Shown: positions 18,290 through 29,101, counted from the first letter of the stretch. The stretch: 64,000 nt of DNA from an uncultured bacterium (GCA_965662235.1 CBFIGY010000010.1:30170-94169), one strand, 5' to 3'. Program-made: numbers and translations. Notes: a model not told the origin generated them from the letters alone.

Positions 18290-19806
18290 CCGTTCATCCC
18301 TTCCTGCAGGAACATCGCTGCCAGGTCAAAGGGACTGAGCCGGATGTCATGCTGCTTGAGAAGGCCTCCGACGGAAATCAACACCCGCGCAACGAGGACA
18401 AAGTGGTCGGGAATCGTGACCTCGGCTTCCTTCATGACCTGCAGGTACCGGCGCAACCGAGTGAGCTGGGCGGGCTCCTGAGGGGCTTCCGTGAACAGCA
18501 ACCGCTCCGCTTTTTCCGGATTGGGGACTCCGAAGCCGGCCTTCAGTAGGAGCTCGACAAATCCGTCCTGTTGCCGATTCAGTAGGGCCACCAGAACATT
18601 CCGGTAGGCCTCCGCCTGCTCTGCTGCGAGGGTGCCCACGGCGCCAAAATCGAGCAGCGCCAGCTGACCCTGCGGCGTCACAAAGAAGTTCCCGGGGTGC
18701 GGGTCGGCGTGGAACAAACCGGTCAGGAAGATCTGCCGGACAAAGCTGCGCGTGAGGGTCCGCAGCAGCGGATCTGCAGCACTGGGGACGTCCTCCAGAA
18801 ACCGCCGGATGGGTTGCCCTTCCACAAAACTCATCACCAGCGTCCGTCGCGACAGCAGGTCCGGAACCAGGCTGGGGAAGGTCCAATCCACCTGCGGGTA
18901 GTGCTGATGGAACCGCTTGAGGTTCTCAGCCTCATGCAGGTAGTCGAGTTCCAGAAGGATGCTCCCCGAAAGCTCCCGGAGCACCTGCTCCAGGTCCACG
19001 CCTTCAAACTGATTCCCGAACAGCTTGGCGGCCAACTCGAAAAACTGCAGGTCTGCCCGGACGCGCTCATCGGCTTCCGGCAGCTGAACCTTCAGGGCCA
19101 CTGGGGTGCCGTCTGCGAGCGTGGCGCGATGCACCTGCGCAATGGACGCGGTGGCCAGTGGCGTGGGGTCGATGTGCTGAAAGGCCTCTGGCCAGCGGGT
19201 GTGAAGCTCCTCGTTCAGGACCTGCTGGATGGACGCCCACGGCGCCGGAGGCGCCTGATCCTGCAACTCAGCTAGGCGCTCCCGGTAGGCCACAGGAACC
19301 CAGTCCCCCTGGGTGCTGAGGAATTGCGCAGCCTTGACCCAGGCACCGCCCTGACGGCGGCAGAGCTGAACAAGCTCCTCAGCCTGTGTTTGGTGGAGGG
19401 CTTCCGTTTTGGCCGCATGCTCCTCAGCCGTCCGGAAGCGCTGGGCCTGCTCGTTGAACTGGCTCCGGACCAGCATCCCAGAGAGCGTTTGGATGGCATC
19501 GCGGTACCGATCGCCCAGACGGAGCAGCTGAGTCAGCTTGAGCCACTCCTCAGAGTAGCTGTTTTGCAGCGCAACGGCGTCCTGTCGAATCTGGTCCGGA
19601 TCCTCCCACCAGTCCCGAGTTTTGCGGACCAGCTGGCTCTGGACCTCGTCTGCGCGCCGCAGGGCTTCTTCGGGAAGCGCCCGGAGCCGTTCGTTCCAGC
19701 GGTCCCAGTCGCCGCCCAACGGGGTGTCCTTGAGCAGCTGATTCAAGGGGCCAGACTGTTCTTCAAGCCACTTGCGCGGATCTCCAAGAATCTTGTTCCA
19801 GTCCAT
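18286..19806 (-). CDS. ABC1/UbiB/AarF family atypical kinase
   Basis: VKAAQFLST, LATASIAQVHRA, VALKVQ, ELDY..EA, FHADPHPGN, LLDFG. Start at MDWNK preferred. Confidence 0.9.
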   Translation of the reverse strand: MDWNKILGDPRKWLEEQSGPLNQLLKDTPLGGDWDRWNERLRALPEEALRRADEVQSQLVRKTRDWWEDPDQIRQDAVALQNSYSEEWLKLTQLLRLGDRYRDAIQTLSGMLVRSQFNEQAQRFRTAEEHAAKTEALHQTQAEELVQLCRRQGGAWVKAAQFLSTQGDWVPVAYRERLAELQDQAPPAPWASIQQVLNEELHTRWPEAFQHIDPTPLATASIAQVHRATLADGTPVALKVQLPEADERVRADLQFFELAAKLFGNQFEGVDLEQVLRELSGSILLELDYLHEAENLKRFHQHYPQVDWTFPSLVPDLLSRRTLVMSFVEGQPIRRFLEDVPSAADPLLRTLTRSFVRQIFLTGLFHADPHPGNFFVTPQGQLALLDFGAVGTLAAEQAEAYRNVLVALLNRQQDGFVELLLKAGFGVPNPEKAERLLFTEAPQEPAQLTRLRRYLQVMKEAEVTIPDHFVLVARVLISVGGLLKQHDIRLSPFDLAAMFLQEGMNG

Positions 19807-19936
19807 GACACTTCTGCAAAGGGGGCCTGTGTTCAGGAGGCCCAGGGTTCTGAAAAAGGGGAGGTTTCTCAGGAGAAACCACTGAGGGCAGGTTAGCGAT
19901 TCTTGCTCAAAGAAGCCATCGGAACCGGAGAGCGAC

Positions 19937-21931
19937 TCAGGCGGCTTCTGAGGTGAGCAGGAAGGGCGGAGCCTGAAAGGCTGCAGCGAGCCGTTCGGGA
20001 GTGCCAAAGAGGAAGAGCTGGTCTCCGGCGGCTAGGGTGGTTTCGGGTTCCACCTCCGGGAGCACCGCGCCCTGGCGCTGAATGGCCAGCACGGTCAGTC
20101 CAAAGTGCCGACGCAGGTCCAGTTGAAACAGGCTCTGACCGGCCAGAGGAGAAGCATCGGGAATGAGGTAAGTGGAAACCTCCAGCGCCGAAAGCTGTGC
20201 GGTCAAGAGGGCCTGAGTTTCATGGTGCCGGAGGAGGCCATACTGGTCCTTTCGCAACTCAGCAATGCAGTGCTCGACCTCCGGTCGGGGGGCAAGGAAC
20301 CCGGCCATCACCCTCCGGAAGATCTCCAGTGAGGTTTCAAACTCCTCGGGGATGACCTCGTTGGCGCCCAGTGCCGACAGCGCCGGAATTTCAGCAACGT
20401 ACCGTGTCCGGACGATGAGGTGCACCGCCGGGTTGAGGGCTCGGACCTGCTCGGTGATGCGCCGCACGGCTGCCGGCACCGCAATGACCACCACAACGGT
20501 CCGGGCGTGCTGCACCTGAGCACGCTCCAGCACGGCCTTCCGGGAGGCATCTCCATAGAGGATGGGCACTCCGGACGCACGTTCTCGGCGGACGGTCTCC
20601 GGGTTGGCTTCAATGACCGCGTAGGGCACCCCCAAGCGGGTGGCGGCGCGGGCCACGTTCTGGCCATTCAGTCCGTAGCCGATGATGACCAGGTGATCGC
20701 TCTGCTCCGGGCCACTCAGGGTTTCTTCCGGAGACAGGCCCGCCCATCCCAGTCGCAGGCGCAGGGGCCACGGCGCCCGCAGAACGCCTTCTGCCATCCG
20801 GGTACTGTGTGGCAGGAGCAGAGACGCAAGGATCATCGACAGCACCGTCACGGTGAGTACGCCTTGTCCCAGCGTGTCGTCCCGGATCCCTGCGGACGCC
20901 GCGGCCCGGTCGAGCAGAAAGGCAAACTCGCCAATCTGCGCAGTCAGCAGCCCGACCTTTACGGAAACAGAGAGGTCAGCACCGGTGAACCAGGTGGCGA
21001 GGCCGCCCAGCACCGCTTTGCCAAGAAACAGAGCTGCCGTCGCCCCAAGCACCCACGGAAGGTACTCCCAGACAAAGCCCGGGTCGAGCAGCATGCCCAC
21101 AGAGATGAAGAAGAAACTCGTGAAAACGTCCCGGGACGGGAGGATGTGCTCAAGGGCGTCATGACTGAATTCGGACTCTGCGACCATCACTCCTGCCAGA
21201 AAAGCACCCAACGCCAGTGAGAAACCGGCCCACGCCGTCAGCCACGCAATTCCCAAACAGAGGCCGATGACGGTCAGTGGAAACAGTTCGGGAACCTTGC
21301 TGGCAACCACCTGATGCAGAAGCCGTGGCAGCAGCACCCGAGCCCCGAAGGCGATGCCGGCAAGGAGTCCTGCGAGCGCCAGTCCGATCCAGAGCCAGTT
21401 CACCGATTCGCCTGACCCTCCTGCAAGGAGCGGAACAATCAGGAGCATCAGCACCGCTGCAACGTCTTGAAAGACGAGGACTCCAAGGGTGGCGCGTCCG
21501 TGAGAGGTCTCCAGTTCCGCCTGGTCCTGAAGCGCCTTGAGGACCAACGCCGTGGAGCTCAGGGCAAAGGCGGCGCCGAGAAACAGTGCTGCAGACCCGC
21601 TGAGTCCCCAGCCTGTGGCCACTGTTGCGGTGACGGCAAACACAAGCCCCACCTGGAGGGCGCCGGTGCCCAGCATCCAGCGCTTCAGCTCCACCAAACG
21701 GGCAAAGGAAAACTCGAGACCAATGCTGAAGAGGAGCAGGACGACGCCAAACTCGGCAAGCATCTCCACCTCGTGGGCATAGGAGATCCAACCGAGCCCG
21801 TCCGGACCGGCGACCACCCCAGTGGCAAGGAGTCCGACCGCGGGAGGTAGTCCAATCCGGTGGAACACCAGGACCACGACCACAGCGAGCCCCAGCAGGA
21901 CAATCAGGTCTTGCAGAAAAGCGAGGTTCAT
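19937..21931 (-). CDS. CPA2 family cation:proton antiporter with TrkA_N/TrkA_C domains (KefC-like)
   Basis: AEFGVVLLLFSIGLEFS, LSSTA, LVFQD, LGAFLAG, FFISVGM, IIGYGLNG. Confidence 0.93.
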   Translation of the reverse strand: MNLAFLQDLIVLLGLAVVVVLVFHRIGLPPAVGLLATGVVAGPDGLGWISYAHEVEMLAEFGVVLLLFSIGLEFSFARLVELKRWMLGTGALQVGLVFAVTATVATGWGLSGSAALFLGAAFALSSTALVLKALQDQAELETSHGRATLGVLVFQDVAAVLMLLIVPLLAGGSGESVNWLWIGLALAGLLAGIAFGARVLLPRLLHQVVASKVPELFPLTVIGLCLGIAWLTAWAGFSLALGAFLAGVMVAESEFSHDALEHILPSRDVFTSFFFISVGMLLDPGFVWEYLPWVLGATAALFLGKAVLGGLATWFTGADLSVSVKVGLLTAQIGEFAFLLDRAAASAGIRDDTLGQGVLTVTVLSMILASLLLPHSTRMAEGVLRAPWPLRLRLGWAGLSPEETLSGPEQSDHLVIIGYGLNGQNVARAATRLGVPYAVIEANPETVRRERASGVPILYGDASRKAVLERAQVQHARTVVVVIAVPAAVRRITEQVRALNPAVHLIVRTRYVAEIPALSALGANEVIPEEFETSLEIFRRVMAGFLAPRPEVEHCIAELRKDQYGLLRHHETQALLTAQLSALEVSTYLIPDASPLAGQSLFQLDLRRHFGLTVLAIQRQGAVLPEVEPETTLAAGDQLFLFGTPERLAAAFQAPPFLLTSEAA

Positions 21932-21972
21932 GACGGTTGGGAGTCAGAGCAAGCAGGTCAGGGCCAAGCGCA

Positions 21973-23343
21973 TCAGGCTGGTTTGGGACTGAGCAAGTTG
22001 GGTAGGGTCCGGATGCGGATCCAGAGCATCGCTCCTCCGCCAGAGACCGCGTTGCCGACAGCCATGCCCAAGAAGATGCCCAGCAGGCCCATCAATTCGG
22101 AACCCAGCCACGCCAGCGGCAGAATGAGCAAGAAGAGTCGGACGAGGTTGATCATTGAGGACTGCATGGGCAGGTGCAGGCCGTTGCAGGCGGAACTGGC
22201 CAGCAGAGACATTCCGAAGAAGCCGTAACTGATGGGAACCGTCCAGAGGTACAGTCGGGTCAGGGACTGGACGGATTCCGCGTTGCTGAACAGAGACGCA
22301 ATCGGGAAGGCGCCGGCCGCCAGAATGAGAAAGGCTCCAGCACCCCAGATGAGGGAGAAGCGGGCGCTGAATCCGAGCGATTCCTCAATCCGTTTGGGCT
22401 GTCGGGCGCCCATGTTTTGTCCGACAAAGGGGGTGAGCACCGACGAGAGGGCCATGATGCCAAGGATGGCAAGGGACTCGAGGCGCGTTCCCACTCCAAA
22501 GGCGGCCACGGAGTCAGGGCCATAGCTGGAGACCATGCGGGTGAGGGCCGCGTTGGAGAGCGGGTTCAGCATGTTGGTCAGCGCCGCCGGAGTCGCAATG
22601 AAGAGGATGGGCTTCCAGGATTCCCAGACCAGCGCCGGTCGGGGCAGGCTGAACTCGAGCATCTTTTCTCGTTTTCCCAGCACCCAGAGTCCGGCAAACA
22701 TGGCAAAGAAGTAGGCAATCACTGTGGCAAGCGCTGCTCCCCGGACCCCCATCTCAGGGAAGGGGCCGATGCCAAAAATCAGAAACGGGTCCAGGATGGC
22801 GTTCACTAGGGCGACGACCATCATCACCCGGCTTGGGGTTCGGCTGTCTCCGGTGGCGCGGATGGCACTGTTTCCCACCATGGGCAGCGCCAGCAACGGT
22901 ACCCCGAGGTACCAGATGGTCATGTAATCCTCAATGATGACCTGCAGGTCGGCAGACGCCCCAAGCGCGGTGAAGACCGGCTCGAGCGTGAAGAGTCCCA
23001 GCAGCGAAAAGAGGGACATGACGACAAAGGTCAGGTAAAGGCTGTGCGTGGTGAGGCGCTGCACCCGAACCTGATCTCCCTGCCCAATGGCCCGGGCCAC
23101 CACGGAAGACGTGCCAATGCCAATGCCAAACGCCATGCTCATGACCGTGAACACGACCGGAAAGGTGAAGCTGATGGCCGCCAGCTCCTGCACCCCCAAC
23201 TGCCCAATGTAGAGGGTGTCAATGATGTTGATGAGCATGATGGACACCAGCCCCATGATCATGGGGAGGGTGAGGCGAAACAGGGTGGGGCCCACGGGTC
23301 CTTCCAGCATGCGATTGGAATCAGAAAAGGATTTTGGTTTCAT
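21973..23343 (-). CDS. MATE family efflux transporter
   Basis: About 12 hydrophobic segments; IDTLYIGQLG, RATGDSRTP, NAILDPFLIFG..PEMGVRGAALAT. Confidence 0.93.
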   Translation of the reverse strand: MKPKSFSDSNRMLEGPVGPTLFRLTLPMIMGLVSIMLINIIDTLYIGQLGVQELAAISFTFPVVFTVMSMAFGIGIGTSSVVARAIGQGDQVRVQRLTTHSLYLTFVVMSLFSLLGLFTLEPVFTALGASADLQVIIEDYMTIWYLGVPLLALPMVGNSAIRATGDSRTPSRVMMVVALVNAILDPFLIFGIGPFPEMGVRGAALATVIAYFFAMFAGLWVLGKREKMLEFSLPRPALVWESWKPILFIATPAALTNMLNPLSNAALTRMVSSYGPDSVAAFGVGTRLESLAILGIMALSSVLTPFVGQNMGARQPKRIEESLGFSARFSLIWGAGAFLILAAGAFPIASLFSNAESVQSLTRLYLWTVPISYGFFGMSLLASSACNGLHLPMQSSMINLVRLFLLILPLAWLGSELMGLLGIFLGMAVGNAVSGGGAMLWIRIRTLPNLLSPKPA

Positions 23344-23347
23344 AGGC

Positions 23348-24274
23348 TTACCAAAGAAACAAATGAACGACACGGGGCTGCCCCGCCAGGTCTTTGTGAA
23401 AGACTGGGGGCTGCCAGGCCGGGTGATCGGCAGCCAGCTGAGTCAACGCAGGTTGCTGGTCGTTGCCGATTTCCAGAAGCATCTCGCCTCCTGGGGCCAG
23501 GCAGGAAGGGACCTCGGCGAGCAGCCGACGGTAGAGGTCCAGCCCATCTTCTCCTCCATCAAGCGCCAACCGAGGCTCGTGCTGGGCCACTTCCGGTTGC
23601 AGGGTGGGGAGGACGTCCCGCGCGATGTAAGGAGGGTTGGCGACCCAAAAATGAAAGGGGCCGTGTTCAGGCAGCAGCGTCAAGGCGTCGCCCCTGAGAA
23701 AGGTGAGGGTGTTGTTCCGGGGGGAACCAAGGGCCGCATGCCGCTCGCGGTTGCGCTCTGCCAGAGCATGCGCGTCCGGACTCAGCTCAGCGCTGATGAG
23801 GTCTAGATCTTGTAGCTCAGAGGCAAGGGCCAGGGGAATGGCTCCGGAGCCTGTTCCCAGCTCGGCGATGCGGCAACGGACGCCAGGCGCTCCGTGCTGC
23901 CACTTCCGGATGCGCGTGACCGCTTGCTCCACCAGCGTCTCGGTGTCTGGGCGAGGAATGAGGACTGCCGGACTGACTTCGAGAGGAAGCGACCAGAACT
24001 CCTGCTCCCCCAGCAGGTAGGCCGCAGGCCAACCGGAAGCACGCTGGCGGACCAGCTGCCGAAAGGGGGCACGTTCTGCTTCATCCAGCGGCCGGTCCTT
24101 CTGCAGGTACAGCTCCAGCCGTGACAGCTTCAGGGCATGGGCAAGCAGCAACTCGGCGTCCAGTCGTGCTGAAGGAATGCCCTTTTCGGAAAAAAAACGC
24201 TGGGTCCAACCGAGCAGGGCTTCGATGGTCCACAGGTCTGGATGGAGCGAGGGGTTGACGGAGTCGGCAGGCAC
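23348..24274 (-). CDS. prmC: Release factor glutamine methyltransferase
   Basis: RLDAELLL, P.AYLLG..EFW, VLIPRPDTETLV, ELGTGSG, NPPYI, EPRLALDGG.DGL. Start approximate (GTG 24274). Confidence 0.93.
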   Translation of the reverse strand: MPADSVNPSLHPDLWTIEALLGWTQRFFSEKGIPSARLDAELLLAHALKLSRLELYLQKDRPLDEAERAPFRQLVRQRASGWPAAYLLGEQEFWSLPLEVSPAVLIPRPDTETLVEQAVTRIRKWQHGAPGVRCRIAELGTGSGAIPLALASELQDLDLISAELSPDAHALAERNRERHAALGSPRNNTLTFLRGDALTLLPEHGPFHFWVANPPYIARDVLPTLQPEVAQHEPRLALDGGEDGLDLYRRLLAEVPSCLAPGGEMLLEIGNDQQPALTQLAADHPAWQPPVFHKDLAGQPRVVHLFLW

Positions 24275-24526
24275 ACGCGTCAAGGAGTAAGGGGGTTGAG
24301 CGTTGGAGCAAAAAAGCCCCTTTTCGGAGGCAGGCCTCCGCACCCAAGCGTTTGGTGACAGCCTCCGGACCCGGAGGTGAGTGGGTGCTTCTGGCACCGT
24401 TTCCCGGCTCAGGACGCGAAACGACTTGTGATGCTTTTGGAAGAACAAACAATTAATGATAGAAATGAACCCGTTTATTGTCTAGGCGGATTCCCCCGCG
24501 CAACACACTGTTACAGGAGGCACTTG

Positions 24527-25375
24527 ATGTACACGACTTACATTCCCGCTGAAGAAGTCGCTTCACAACTGGAAAATCCGGACTGGGTTCTGCTGGACTG
24601 CCGGTTCTCGCTGGATGCTCCAGAACTGAAGGAACAGGACTATCAGCAGTCGCACCTCCCGGGCGCCCGGTACGTTCACCTGGAACGCGACCTGTCTGGC
24701 GACATTCAGCTGGGAAAAACGGGCCGGCACCCGCTGCCCACCTTTGAGGACCTGGTGACCCGACTGGGCAGCTGGGGGATCGGACCCGGCGTGCAGGTGG
24801 TCGCGTATGACGATGCCAACGGCGCGTATGCCGCACGTTTGTGGTGGATTTTGCGGTGGCTCGGACACGACGCGGTCGCCGTTCTGGATGGTGGCTGGAA
24901 CGCGTGGAACGCTGCTGGCCTGCCGGTTTCGGACGCGCTGCCCCACACAACGCCTCGGGAGTTTGAGCTCAATCCGCGTCACACCTGGCTGCTCAATGCC
25001 CATGAGGTGGACGCCCTCCGGGAGCGTCCGGATGTGGTGCTGATTGATGCGCGCTCCGGAGACCGCTTCCGTGGAGAGAATGAACCAATTGACCCAGTGG
25101 CCGGCCACATTCCGGGAGCGATCTCTGTGCCGTGTTCGGAAAACCTGGGTCCGGATGGGTGTGCCAAGAGCACAGAAGCCCTGTGTGAGCGCTTTGAAGC
25201 GGTCCTGAAGGGACGTCCTCCGGAGCGGCTCATCAGTTACTGTGGGTCCGGCGTGACCGCGTGCCTGAACCTGCTGGCGCTCAAGCATGCTGGACTGGGA
25301 GACGGACGCCTGTATGGTGGCTCCTGGAGCGACTGGATCACGGATCCGGACCGTCCCATTGCGACGGGTCCCTGA
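24527..25375 (+). CDS. sseA: Two-domain rhodanese / 3-mercaptopyruvate sulfurtransferase
   Basis: HLPGA, GRHPLP, AARLWW, LDGG, GHIPGA, YCGSGVTA, YGGSWSDW; AGGAGG RBS. Confidence 0.9.
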   Translation: MYTTYIPAEEVASQLENPDWVLLDCRFSLDAPELKEQDYQQSHLPGARYVHLERDLSGDIQLGKTGRHPLPTFEDLVTRLGSWGIGPGVQVVAYDDANGAYAARLWWILRWLGHDAVAVLDGGWNAWNAAGLPVSDALPHTTPREFELNPRHTWLLNAHEVDALRERPDVVLIDARSGDRFRGENEPIDPVAGHIPGAISVPCSENLGPDGCAKSTEALCERFEAVLKGRPPERLISYCGSGVTACLNLLALKHAGLGDGRLYGGSWSDWITDPDRPIATGP

Positions 25376-25389
25376 GAGACGCTGAGGTC

Positions 25390-26076
25390 ATGACCCCACT
25401 CCGGAAGCAACCGTGGTTTCGGGCGCTGAAGATGCGTGTTGGCGCCGCCGGGTTCACTCAACTGCTGCGTGCGACGGGCTGGACGTCCCGGGTGCGGCGG
25501 GAGAACGAGCAGGCACTCCAAGCGGCGTTGACGCAGCATGGAACCTTTCTGCTAGCAACCTGGCACGAAAACATCTACTTCAGCACCTGGATGCTCCGGG
25601 ACCTAGGACTGACGGCGCTCATCAGTAGTTCTCGTGATGGAGAGGCGATTTACCAAGTGATGCAACACTTCAACTTCAAGGCGGTCCGGGGGTCGTCCAC
25701 CCGTGGCGGAATGCTGGCCCTCCGGGAGCTGCTGGAGGCGTTGAAGCGTCAGGAGCCCGTGGCCGTGACCCCAGATGGTCCCACGGGACCGCTGCACCAG
25801 GTTCAGCCCGGCATTGTTCTGCTGGCGAAGAAAACCGGCCTGCCGATTCTGCCATGGCACTACGAAGTCCGGGACGCGTGGCGGTTGAAGAGCTGGGACT
25901 CGCACAAGGTCCCGAAGCCCTTTACGTCCGGAGTGGGACGCTTTGGAAACGCATTTTATGTGGATGCACAGACGCCTGGCGCTCGGCTGGAACAGGTGGC
26001 CCAGGAACTGGAGGCGGCGATGAAAGAGAACGTGCAGGAGGTGCAGCGACTGGTGGAAGGGGGCGGAGCGACCTGA
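25390..26076 (+). CDS. Lysophospholipid acyltransferase family protein (DUF374-like)
   Basis: WHEN, ISSSRDGE, VRGSSTRGG, TPDGPTGP, SWD...PKPF. Confidence 0.88.
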   Translation: MTPLRKQPWFRALKMRVGAAGFTQLLRATGWTSRVRRENEQALQAALTQHGTFLLATWHENIYFSTWMLRDLGLTALISSSRDGEAIYQVMQHFNFKAVRGSSTRGGMLALRELLEALKRQEPVAVTPDGPTGPLHQVQPGIVLLAKKTGLPILPWHYEVRDAWRLKSWDSHKVPKPFTSGVGRFGNAFYVDAQTPGARLEQVAQELEAAMKENVQEVQRLVEGGGAT

Positions 26077-26094
26077 AGCCGCTCCGGTGCAGGT

Positions 26095-27042
26095 TCAGAG
26101 CTGGTCGTTGTAAGCCTTGATGGCGCTGCTCTTCATTTCCTCTAGGTAGAGCCGGGAGTAGATTTCGATCAGGAACGGCCGCAGGTCATTGACGTCTTCG
26201 TCATCGGCGTACTCCTGAAAGAATTGCTCATACACGTCCATGGCGCCCACGAGGATGCCGTAGTCAGTGAGCAGGTTGGCGTAGAGGAATCCGGAAGAGT
26301 CCATCGACTGGGCCTGCTCCGACTGCTGCTTGAGTTCGTTGAGGCGTTTGGAGGTAAGGCCCTTCAGGCGGGACTCACGGGTGGTGTAGACCACTTCGGT
26401 GCCGTCGAGCACCTCAACGAAGTAGCGGACGTTGTCTGCTGGAGGCTCAATGGTGGCCCGAATCAGAGGGGCATCGGTGGCAGGGATTTCATAGGTGTTC
26501 AGGTCTTCCCACTCACGGGTCTTGCGGTTCTTCTCGCCGATGCGGACCCGGTAGCTGTACTGAGGACCCACGTTTTCCCAGACAAGATCCGGGAAGTCAC
26601 CTGTGATCACCACGTTCCCCGCCTTGAGCTGAATGCCCGGCTTCTTGGCCGACCGTCGAACCGTGGTGTACTTCTGGGTCTTGATGAACTTGTCTCCCAA
26701 GCCGGCCACGAGGTCTCCTGCCGCTTGCTGGTTGCCCAGCTCTCCGGAAACCGCCTGGATGCCTTCGGCAGAAACCTGCGCCACGGTTCCTGCAGGAATG
26801 GACGTGGTCTGGTTGGTCGTCTGGTTGATGAACGTCACGGAACTATCCGGATTCGTCCGGACCTGATATGAGTCATACATGAAGACGTTGCGTCGAACCT
26901 TCTTCCATCGCTTCCCGTCCTTGCTATACTCCACCTTTCCTTGAGGCTCCGTCAGCATGCCGATGGGGGTCCTGGCCCAAAGATTGCCTGCTGAAACCAG
27001 CAGCAACAGGACGAAGACGATGAACGTTTTTCCAGTACGCAT
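26095..27042 (-). CDS. Hypothetical secreted protein (FecR-like beta N-terminus, helical C-terminus)
   Basis: Signal peptide; GKVEYSKDG..W...VRT..S pattern; genome-typical codon usage. Confidence 0.65.
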   Translation of the reverse strand: MRTGKTFIVFVLLLLVSAGNLWARTPIGMLTEPQGKVEYSKDGKRWKKVRRNVFMYDSYQVRTNPDSSVTFINQTTNQTTSIPAGTVAQVSAEGIQAVSGELGNQQAAGDLVAGLGDKFIKTQKYTTVRRSAKKPGIQLKAGNVVITGDFPDLVWENVGPQYSYRVRIGEKNRKTREWEDLNTYEIPATDAPLIRATIEPPADNVRYFVEVLDGTEVVYTTRESRLKGLTSKRLNELKQQSEQAQSMDSSGFLYANLLTDYGILVGAMDVYEQFFQEYADDEDVNDLRPFLIEIYSRLYLEEMKSSAIKAYNDQL

Positions 27043-27181
27043 GTAACCTTTACGGATAGGGGTGGTGAACTTCAACAAAGAAGCGCCCTTTCTATCGCAT
27101 TTTGTAAAAAGAGGCAAACCCGATCCCTTGAGCGCTGAACAGATGGAAAGGGAGGGCTTGGCCCGATCTGGTGTAAAAGAA

Positions 27182-27643
27182 ATGAAACGATTGTTGATGG
27201 TGCTCGTGGGAAGCTGGGTGCTCTGGGGCAGTGGCGGAGCAGACGTTCGGGCGGAGGCAACGGTCTATGAGAGCCTGAAGCAGGACCTCGTGGGGCTGGA
27301 TTACCTGCTCCGGAACCTTGAGTTCACCGAGGTACAGTGCGATTTGGGAACCTGTGAATTGAGCACCGCAGACCGTTCCTACCAGGTGGTCCTGAGGCGA
27401 GCCAGCCCCGTGGAGTACAAGCGGGAGCGCCTGCTGTACGTGCTTAAGCTCCGGGTCCGTTCACCGCTGATGACGTCGAATCTGCAGGTGGATTACATTC
27501 AAGATCCGCCGAGCATCATTGTTGGACGCAATGGCTGGAGCGAGCCGATTCCCCCATACGAAAAGGTGATGTTCGGCATGGTGGGACGCTGGGTGCCGCT
27601 GCTTCAAGGGTGGCTGCGACGTGAGGGCTTGAGCATTGACTGA
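27182..27643 (+). CDS. Hypothetical secreted protein
   Basis: MKRLL signal peptide; fills the gap between neighbours. Confidence 0.6.
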   Translation: MKRLLMVLVGSWVLWGSGGADVRAEATVYESLKQDLVGLDYLLRNLEFTEVQCDLGTCELSTADRSYQVVLRRASPVEYKRERLLYVLKLRVRSPLMTSNLQVDYIQDPPSIIVGRNGWSEPIPPYEKVMFGMVGRWVPLLQGWLRREGLSID

Positions 27644-27791
27644 GGGCGCAGGCCCGGAAGGGGGGTAGGGCGGTCGAAATGCAAGATCCCCGTACCGCCA
27701 ACCACAAGAGGCTTCTCCGTGGAGGGAAGGGCGGCAGCCCGGAGAAAAACCACCGCCCTGAGGTAGGGACGTTGCGTCCCCAAGGAGACCG

Positions 27792-29039
27792 TTAGACGGT
27801 TGCTGAACTCTGATACGAGAAGCCACCCGGCATCTTCACAAACTCCGGATAGGAGTGCATGCCAAATTCCTTCTCATCAATGCCTTCCAGCTCTTCTTCT
27901 TCCGAGACCCGCAGACCCATCGTCGCTTTGATGACGCTCCAGACCACGAGGCTGGCGACAAAGGTGAAGATGCCCACCACAACCACTCCCAGCAGCTGTG
28001 TGCCGAAGGAGGCGTCTGGTTTGAAGATGCCCACAGCAAGTGTGCCCCAAATGCCGTTGACGAGGTGAACCGAAAGGGCTCCAACCGGATCGTCAATCTT
28101 CAGCTTGTCAAAGAACGGCACCGCGAAGATCACCAGCACCCCACCAATTGCTCCAATCAGCGCAGCGACGCCAGGCGTGGAGTAGTCCGGACCGGCCGTG
28201 ATGGCCACCAGGCCGGAGAGTGCGCCGTTGAGGACCATCGTCAGGTCGATCTTCTTGTACATCACCTGGGTGAGGAGCAGCGCCACAATTGCGCCTGCAC
28301 ACGCGGCCATGTTGGTGTTGACCATCACAGCAGAGATTGCATCTGCGTCGGCCTTGCTTCCCAGAGCCAGCTGAGACCCCCCGTTGAATCCAAACCAGCC
28401 GAACCAGAGGATGAAGGTGCCCAAGGTGGCTAGTGGCAAGTTGGACGCCGGAATCGGAGCCACACGGCCCTGTGCATCGTATTTGCCCAGTCGCGGCCCC
28501 AGAAGCAGCGCGCCTGCAAGAGCGGCCCAGCCTCCAACGGAGTGCACGATGGTGGAACCTGCGAAATCAGAGAACCCGTCAATTAGGCCACCCAGTGCAG
28601 TGCCGCCCCAGGTCCAGTGTCCCTGAATCGGATAGATGATGGCAGTCAGGACCAGTGTGAAGGCCATGAACGGCCAGTACTTGATGCGCTCGGCCACGGT
28701 TCCAGACACGATGGAGGCCGCAGTGGCGACAAACACGACTTGAAAGAAGAAGTCCGACATCAGGCTGTGTCCGTCGGAAGAGGTTCCGGACAGAGCAAAT
28801 CCGAAGCCCATGAAGCTGTTGCCGTCGCCGTACATGAGGTTGTAGCCCACAAAGTAATAGGCTAAGCAGGCCAGCGCATAGAGCGTGATGTTTTTCGTCA
28901 GGATGGCGGTGACGCTCTTACTCCGGACCATTCCGGCCTCCAGCATCGCAAAGCCTGCGGCCATCCACATCACCAGCGCACCGCTGATCAGAAGCCAGAT
29001 CGTATCCAGCACATATTTCATCTCTGCTGAGAATTCCAT
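27792..29039 (-). CDS. amtB: Ammonium transporter
   Basis: MAAGFAMLEAG, DFAGSTIVH, WFGWFGFNGGS, NGALSGLVAITA, DDPVGALSVH; twin His present. Confidence 0.97.
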   Translation of the reverse strand: MEFSAEMKYVLDTIWLLISGALVMWMAAGFAMLEAGMVRSKSVTAILTKNITLYALACLAYYFVGYNLMYGDGNSFMGFGFALSGTSSDGHSLMSDFFFQVVFVATAASIVSGTVAERIKYWPFMAFTLVLTAIIYPIQGHWTWGGTALGGLIDGFSDFAGSTIVHSVGGWAALAGALLLGPRLGKYDAQGRVAPIPASNLPLATLGTFILWFGWFGFNGGSQLALGSKADADAISAVMVNTNMAACAGAIVALLLTQVMYKKIDLTMVLNGALSGLVAITAGPDYSTPGVAALIGAIGGVLVIFAVPFFDKLKIDDPVGALSVHLVNGIWGTLAVGIFKPDASFGTQLLGVVVVGIFTFVASLVVWSVIKATMGLRVSEEEELEGIDEKEFGMHSYPEFVKMPGGFSYQSSATV

Positions 29040-29101
29040 TGGGTTCTCCGATTGAGGGATTGTTCAACAGAAGCCGAAGCTCCCGGGTCTGCTTTCCCTT
29101 C

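Noticed and set aside
19807..20007. Extended N-termini given by the ORF track (also for nanA, the SBP, prmC, sseA, icd)
   Set aside because: They overlap neighbours or lack an RBS; downstream starts fit family N-termini better.
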